IMG/VR virus record: IMGVR_UViG_3300042922_000827
Span: 1 to 64,000 of that record
Reading direction: 5' to 3' (one strand)
Origin: a virus
DNA: 64,000 nt
A program made the position numbers and the translations under genes. Each line of letters opens with the position of its first letter. The first letter of the stretch is position 1. The notes under the pieces were generated by a model. That model worked only from the letters and a program-made list of their open reading frames with translations, made no database searches and was not told the DNA's origin. Positions 58,533-64,000 of the stretch are shown here, piece by piece.

Positions 58533-58580
58533 ATATATAGGGATGCGGATAGCATCCCTATATTTCATTTTTCAATTATA

Positions 58581-58793
58581 TTAAGATATGGCATCTATTA
58601 TGGTATTGTTTTGTTGCTCGGCTTTACCAGCATCAGTTTTGGCTTCTTGCACCGCCGAATAGTATAAATAATGCAAGAAGCCCATCGGTTGTCTCAAGGC
58701 TTCTACAAAACTAAGTCTATTTCTATAGTACTTAGTTAGCATATTTACTCTATCGAGTAGTTGCTTGTAGCTACCAATTGATGCCGTAAAAAA
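58581..58793 (-). CDS. Tail-chaperone GT-like / T4 gp51-like segment; -1 frameshift extension or separate 53-aa ORF from ATG 58742
   Basis: MLTKYYRNRLSFVEALRQPM; open -1 frame behind the slippery T TTT TTA. Confidence 0.55.
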   Translation of the reverse strand, partial: FFTASIGSYKQLLDRVNMLTKYYRNRLSFVEALRQPMGFLHYLYYSAVQEAKTDAGKAEQQNNTIIDAIS

Positions 58794-60364
58794 AGCAAGT
58801 TTAATGGAAGTATTGGCTCTGGTGCGAAATGATGTGTACACTTTACATTTGCTTTTGTTGTACCGGTACAATCAGCTTCTGGGATCTGATATATAATATC
58901 ATCTTCGAGCAGTTTATTAATTGCACTAACTTCAGAACCGATTAATCCGTATTGATCAGAGGTTAGTTTTTTGATTATATTATAATATGCTACAACTTTA
59001 TTCTTAACAGTTTTTGTAACGTTATCTGGATCTGGTTTGGTGTCAATTGGAATGAGATTTTTTGTTTGCGCATCAATAAGATATACACCCTCGATATAGG
59101 AAAGAATGCTAAGAATATCTGCATATTTTGTAGTGAATTCTTCATTTAATGCACTAGTTTCAAAAATTAATCCATATACATGCGGAGCACGCATAGCAAA
59201 TACATAATGTTCAGAAACTTGCACAAGTTTAGGCTCTAATGCAGAAGGGGTAGTATCTTCTCCATTAGCCAAAAGATGTTGAAATTTTGTTTTTACTTCT
59301 TCATTTGGATAGTGGACCATATCATCAATATTGGAAGTTTTTAATTCTAAATTAGAACAAGCAGGGCAATTGTACGTTAAATGATTATTATACATAAACG
59401 TTGCTCTATACAGTGCAAAATATAAATGGTTAATATCAAATCCGCAAATAGTCTTTAACCATACATCCATATTTTGTGGTTTATTTGGATCTACAAGATG
59501 ATTAAACATGATAGAATATGCTGTTCTAAATGCATGCATTCTATTTTTAAAGTTTTCTTGATTTAGATTAGTAATTTCTTCGCCGCTTAATTCAGAAAAT
59601 GTAATAAGGCGGTTTGAATTTGGCAGACCCCATTGTGCAGTATTTATTTGTTTTGTGGCATTACCAAGAGCCTTTGTAATAGAAATTGGTTTGCTAGAGA
59701 TTCTAAATTCTTTTAGATCTATAGCATTAGGAATAACCTTTACAGTGGATTTAATTTGAGATTGATATTCTTTAAAGATTTGCTTTTGACGTTCGTGCTC
59801 TTCAGCATCTTCTTTTTCTTTCTTTTTTTCTTCTTCATCGTCTTCTTTAGCTTGTTTTTCTAAATCAGCTTCATCTTCACCATCGAGTAGATCTTTAAGA
59901 TCTTCATCATCAATGGAGAATCTGCTCATATCGCTTAATGCGCTAAGATCTTGAGCATCCATAATCTTACTTTCCGCAGACTGCACTGTCTGTCTTGTAG
60001 AATCAATGCTAATTTTATCAGGTTCTGATGTTTCGTTAGCTTCTGCTTCGAGTCTTGCCGCAACCATATTATCTTTCATTGGTCCGATGACGTTCTCTTG
60101 CAAATCTTTTTTAACTCTTTCTATATTTTCATCAATTAGTTTTAAAGCATTTTCTTCAAATACTTTTCCTGGTTCTACTCTTGGCGCAAACGCAGCTATT
60201 TCTCCAATATTTACGTTTTCCCCGTCTCCAACACCACCAACAGCATTAGGAGTGATAACTCCATTTGTAGCTCCTTCGTTCTTTTGAGATTTGGAATCAG
60301 GTATATTGACTCCTAGTTCTGCCAATGTAATTGTTTTTACATTTCCTTCGTTTTCTGTACTCAT
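58745..60364 (-). CDS. Tail assembly chaperone / baseplate hub assembly protein (T4 gp26-like C-terminal half)
   Basis: Acidic N-half; D...LYFALY..T, CPAC and terminal P..LNLLF pattern; next to the gp25-like gene. Confidence 0.55.
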   Translation of the reverse strand: MSTENEGNVKTITLAELGVNIPDSKSQKNEGATNGVITPNAVGGVGDGENVNIGEIAAFAPRVEPGKVFEENALKLIDENIERVKKDLQENVIGPMKDNMVAARLEAEANETSEPDKISIDSTRQTVQSAESKIMDAQDLSALSDMSRFSIDDEDLKDLLDGEDEADLEKQAKEDDEEEKKKEKEDAEEHERQKQIFKEYQSQIKSTVKVIPNAIDLKEFRISSKPISITKALGNATKQINTAQWGLPNSNRLITFSELSGEEITNLNQENFKNRMHAFRTAYSIMFNHLVDPNKPQNMDVWLKTICGFDINHLYFALYRATFMYNNHLTYNCPACSNLELKTSNIDDMVHYPNEEVKTKFQHLLANGEDTTPSALEPKLVQVSEHYVFAMRAPHVYGLIFETSALNEEFTTKYADILSILSYIEGVYLIDAQTKNLIPIDTKPDPDNVTKTVKNKVVAYYNIIKKLTSDQYGLIGSEVSAINKLLEDDIIYQIPEADCTGTTKANVKCTHHFAPEPILPLNLLFLRHQLVATSNYSIE

Positions 60365-60378
60365 TTAATTTCCCTCCA

Positions 60379-60750
60379 TTATAATGATTCTAACGTTGTC
60401 GTTTCTTTATTAAAGGTTAATCTATATACTACATCGTCTATTACAATAGATATTCTAATCGTTTTATCCGATTCTGATACATTAACCTCAGCCGCTATTA
60501 ATTCTGGTAGATATGTGGCTATTTGATCTTCATAGTCACTTTTAAGTTGTTCCAGATCATCACTAGATGAATAGCGGTATCTAGATATAATTCCAAGACC
60601 CATATCTGGTCTTGTTGGCATTGTCCCCTTTTCCAGCAATGCTAGCTCTATAAGCTTAATACATGTAGCATCTTGATCTTCGAAGACTTTAGGTCTATTG
60701 AATTCGTTTAGTGACATACTGTGCTCTCTTAAAGTGACATTATCACTCAT
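60379..60750 (-). CDS. Baseplate wedge protein (gp25-like)
   Basis: LLEKGTMPTRPDMGLGI...QIATYLPE; late promoter AACA ACTTAA TA 60778-60789. Confidence 0.75.
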   Translation of the reverse strand: MSDNVTLREHSMSLNEFNRPKVFEDQDATCIKLIELALLEKGTMPTRPDMGLGIISRYRYSSSDDLEQLKSDYEDQIATYLPELIAAEVNVSESDKTIRISIVIDDVVYRLTFNKETTTLESL

Positions 60751-60857
60751 TTAACCACATCTCCTTTATAAATTTACTATTAAGTTGTTAGATTTAGGTA
60801 TTTACACGCTTTAAATATAATGAAAACATATCAATAAGTTAAAAGGAGGACGGTCAT

Positions 60858-63059
60858 ATGAAAAAATATAATTGCCCATATTGTGGATATAGAGGTTCTA
60901 GGGAAGATTTGATATCTCATATAGAAGAAGAGCATGATGAAATGATACCAGAAAATTTTACTGCGGCTAGAGTAGTATTTAATTTAGTTAATAAAAAAGA
61001 TCATGGAGTGTGTGTTGTTTGTAAAAGAGAAACTGAATGGAATGAAAATGCTAGTAAATATGATAGAATGTGCGGACGCAAAGCTTGTTCAGATGCTTTG
61101 AGAAAAATAGCAGTAACTAATCATATCAAAGTATATAATAAACCTACTCTTCTTGGAGATGATGAACATCAAGAAAAAATGCTAGCCAATAGAGGTATAT
61201 CCGGAAAGTATAGATTTACAGACGGAGGATATGTAGTTTATACTGGATCTTATGAAAAGAAGGCACTGGAGTTTATAGATAAAGTGCTAGGATTTAAATC
61301 ATGGGATATACTTTGCCCAGGTCCAGTATTTGAATATGAATATGAAGGTAAAACTCATAAGTGGATTACTGATATGCTTCTTATTCCGTTTAATCTAATT
61401 ATAGAAGTTAAGGATGGTGGAAGCAATCCTAATAATCGTACTATGACTTCATATAGAGAAAAGCAAGTGGCTAAAGAACAAATGATTACATCTCTTGGTA
61501 AATTTAATTATCTTAGATTGACAGATAACAACTTTGCTCAACTATTAGGAACAATTGCTGAACTCAAAGCTCAAATGATTGACGATAGTGAAGATAATAA
61601 GAAAGTAGTTATCAATATAAATGAAGAAGTAGAAGCTTTAAATGAAGAATCTTCAAAAGATATAACAAAGTTTAAAGCTATGATTCTAAAAAAAGTAAAC
61701 GCCAATTCTAAATTTAAAAATTTTATAAAAGGCAAATCAAAAGATGATATAAAAAAAATAAATGATAAGATATACAACTCATCAGCTAAAATATTACGCG
61801 AAGTCGCTAGATTGACATTCAATACAAAGCATCTTTCGGAAAAATTATTTTGGGCTGTTGCTATAGGATATGTATTATCAATGTTTGGCATAATCGCATC
61901 GTCGGCTATAATGTTTGGAACTGCCATTGGAGTAGACTATGCTGTAGACGCAAGGTATAATAAAAAGAACGAATCTACTGAATTAGAATCGGAGATTATA
62001 GATGAAATGTCTATAAGTGTGCCATTGAATAAAGATCATATACAAAAAGGGAATAAGTCTTTATTCTCCTTTAAAAAAGTTTCTATAACTGATAATGATA
62101 TTAATAAATATAAACAAGATATGAAATCATTATCACATATAAGAACAGAAGATGGGTACAAAGGAACCATATTCTTAGATAAAAACAATCCAGTTTGCTA
62201 TGTAAATGTAAACTCTAATAATGGAATGATACAGGCACTGGAGATATCTAAAGACTATCAGGGATATGGATTATCATCGCAATTATTGAAATATGCTGTA
62301 TCTACACTAAAAGCAACATCATTAACGGTAAATAAAAAAAATGAAGTTGCAATAAACGTGTATAAAAAGCAAGGCTTTAAACAAGTTAAAGCTACCGATA
62401 ATATGATAACTATGTCTATAGATGAGAGTATGGGTCTTGCAGGAATTGGCGGAATGCCAGCACCTTCTAATCAATTCATTACTCAATTTGGTCCTAGATC
62501 TACTTTCTCAGATGATACAGTAGAAGGGTATGCCATTCACAACGATATCATTACAGATAAGATACTATTAGTAGATAAGAATGGTAATCTTGCGGTTAAA
62601 GAATCTTCTTTCTTAGAAGGAAGAAAGATAAGAATATTTAAATACATTGGCGAGAATGTGGATGAATATTACAAGATATTAAAATCTGCAAAGAAAAATA
62701 AAAAAGCATATAGAGAATATCTATATGAAGCGCTAACTGGGAAAAGGCTATTATCAGACGATCAGATAATCTGTGATGAATGCTTCGAAGAAATATCCCC
62801 AGTTAAAATCTTTGCAGAATACAACTCAGCCGCTCAAACAATTGTAGATCAGTATAAAGAAATAATTGGAGAAGAAATAGTTAGATTTCCACTAATGAAT
62901 GAAAAATCTATATCTGAAGCTTCTAAGATTACAACTGGCAATATTCATATTAATATATTTGAAAATATGAACGGATACTTTGCAGAAAATGCTATAACTC
63001 GCCAAAGGACTGCATATTATAAGGATATAAAAGATATTCAAATTGAGGTGATATTGTAA
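60858..63059 (+). CDS. Multidomain late protein: zinc fingers, TnsA/gp4-like PD-(D/E)xK nuclease, TM segment, GNAT
   Basis: CPYC..H...H; YTGSYEK, WITD, IIEVKDG; LEISKDYQGYGLS...NEVAINVYKKQGF; promoter AACA TATCAA TA 60825-60836. Confidence 0.7.
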   Translation: MKKYNCPYCGYRGSREDLISHIEEEHDEMIPENFTAARVVFNLVNKKDHGVCVVCKRETEWNENASKYDRMCGRKACSDALRKIAVTNHIKVYNKPTLLGDDEHQEKMLANRGISGKYRFTDGGYVVYTGSYEKKALEFIDKVLGFKSWDILCPGPVFEYEYEGKTHKWITDMLLIPFNLIIEVKDGGSNPNNRTMTSYREKQVAKEQMITSLGKFNYLRLTDNNFAQLLGTIAELKAQMIDDSEDNKKVVININEEVEALNEESSKDITKFKAMILKKVNANSKFKNFIKGKSKDDIKKINDKIYNSSAKILREVARLTFNTKHLSEKLFWAVAIGYVLSMFGIIASSAIMFGTAIGVDYAVDARYNKKNESTELESEIIDEMSISVPLNKDHIQKGNKSLFSFKKVSITDNDINKYKQDMKSLSHIRTEDGYKGTIFLDKNNPVCYVNVNSNNGMIQALEISKDYQGYGLSSQLLKYAVSTLKATSLTVNKKNEVAINVYKKQGFKQVKATDNMITMSIDESMGLAGIGGMPAPSNQFITQFGPRSTFSDDTVEGYAIHNDIITDKILLVDKNGNLAVKESSFLEGRKIRIFKYIGENVDEYYKILKSAKKNKKAYREYLYEALTGKRLLSDDQIICDECFEEISPVKIFAEYNSAAQTIVDQYKEIIGEEIVRFPLMNEKSISEASKITTGNIHINIFENMNGYFAENAITRQRTAYYKDIKDIQIEVIL

Positions 63060-64000
63060 TGATAGGTATCGATGATGAGGTTATAACTACTGGGTTAGAC
63101 GATAGAGAAATAAAAGATTGGAGATTGTCTCATAATATGATTCTTCTCCATAGTAGCTATCAGACAGAGAAAAAATTAAGAGATGATTGGGAAAAATTTA
63201 ATAATATGACAATTCAAGATAGGATTGAAAGCGATTGGAAATCTATAGATTTATTTGGATTCAGTAATATTGATAGATATGAAACAATGCTATCTGAATT
63301 TCTTAAAAACGATATTCCAGATGAATTATATGATAATTTATATGTTCCTATGAAGGAATCGTATGATCAAGCAGATGAATGGAATAAGAATAATATAAAT
63401 AAAGTTATATCCAAAGCAAGCTCTTTAAAAGATCTTGAGAAGCAATGGGGTGTATATAATAGCATCCCAGTTTCTGATAGGTACGAAGTTGATGATGCTT
63501 CTATCGAATTATTTGATATGGACAACACGCAACATTATTTGGCTCAAAGAAAAGAATTCCTTAAAAAAGATATAAACCATTCTGCTCCAACTATACAATA
63601 TGTTCCATCTAGAGAAGAAGCTCTACGTCTATATGCATCTAAAATAGATATTGTGGGGGCAGCAAAAACTTGTGCTAGGATTCAAGAATCTACTTCAAAT
63701 AATATTTCTGATATTATATTCGAAAGTGCTGAAAGGAATATTAGCGATAAAATAAATATTGATAACATGATAGCTCTATCTATTACCCCATTCTATTCTC
63801 CATATGAAATGGAAAAACTCGGCATATCTACTATAGATACTGGAATATATAGTGACGAACCAGATAATGTTCTAATTGGAGATATTACGACAAAGCAATG
63901 GTTTCAAGAATATAAAAATAGATTTAATGGATTTGACGACGATGCATTAATTCAATCTACTATAGGAGACATTGGAGGGTGGGCAGAAACTATAAAGAAA
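63059..64000 (+). CDS. Partial ORF running off the window, with an internal ~85-aa repeat
   Basis: TAATG overlap, GAGGTG RBS; repeat W..FN...DR.E.D..SI.LF...EFLK.DI...YVP. Confidence 0.7.
   Translation, partial: MIGIDDEVITTGLDDREIKDWRLSHNMILLHSSYQTEKKLRDDWEKFNNMTIQDRIESDWKSIDLFGFSNIDRYETMLSEFLKNDIPDELYDNLYVPMKESYDQADEWNKNNINKVISKASSLKDLEKQWGVYNSIPVSDRYEVDDASIELFDMDNTQHYLAQRKEFLKKDINHSAPTIQYVPSREEALRLYASKIDIVGAAKTCARIQESTSNNISDIIFESAERNISDKINIDNMIALSITPFYSPYEMEKLGISTIDTGIYSDEPDNVLIGDITTKQWFQEYKNRFNGFDDDALIQSTIGDIGGWAETIKK

Noticed and set aside
1-64000. CRISPR array, tRNA or rRNA genes
   Set aside because: No regularly spaced repeat-spacer array and no cloverleaf with T-loop/CCA recognised by eye; intergenic hairpins are unique single stems
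1-64000. Phage nucleus (chimallin) or PhuZ tubulin genes
   Set aside because: No GGGTGS/TG tubulin signature and no recognisable shell protein in this window; cannot be excluded elsewhere

Overview
AT-rich, densely coding 64 kb segment of a jumbo myophage of the AR9/PBS1-like (phiKZ-related) lineage. It carries T4-like morphogenesis genes (portal, sheath, tube, terminase, neck, prohead protease, major capsid, baseplate wedge), three fragments of split multisubunit RNA polymerase beta' subunits, a probable AR9 gp226-like specificity subunit, a GroEL-like chaperonin, a partial family-B DNA polymerase, primase and SF2 helicase. Two phage promoter classes are readable directly: TTATATATTATA before 11 early/accessory units, and AACA-N6-TA (the AR9 late consensus, plus AACT/GACA/TACA variants) before structural and replication units. 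About 28 long inverted repeats close transcription units. Most notable: an orphan dCache-HAMP sporulation-type histidine kinase plus GNAT under a phage early promoter; a late nuclease/TM/GNAT protein whose domains are bounded by putative prohead-protease sites; a U-UUU-UUA -1 frameshift candidate in a tail-chaperone-like pair; a structured small RNA/micro-ORF unit after terminase; a 42-bp direct repeat with paralog duplication; and a nested four-gene paralog array. The host is probably a spore-forming firmicute (inference). All functional calls come from motif recognition by eye; no searches were run.
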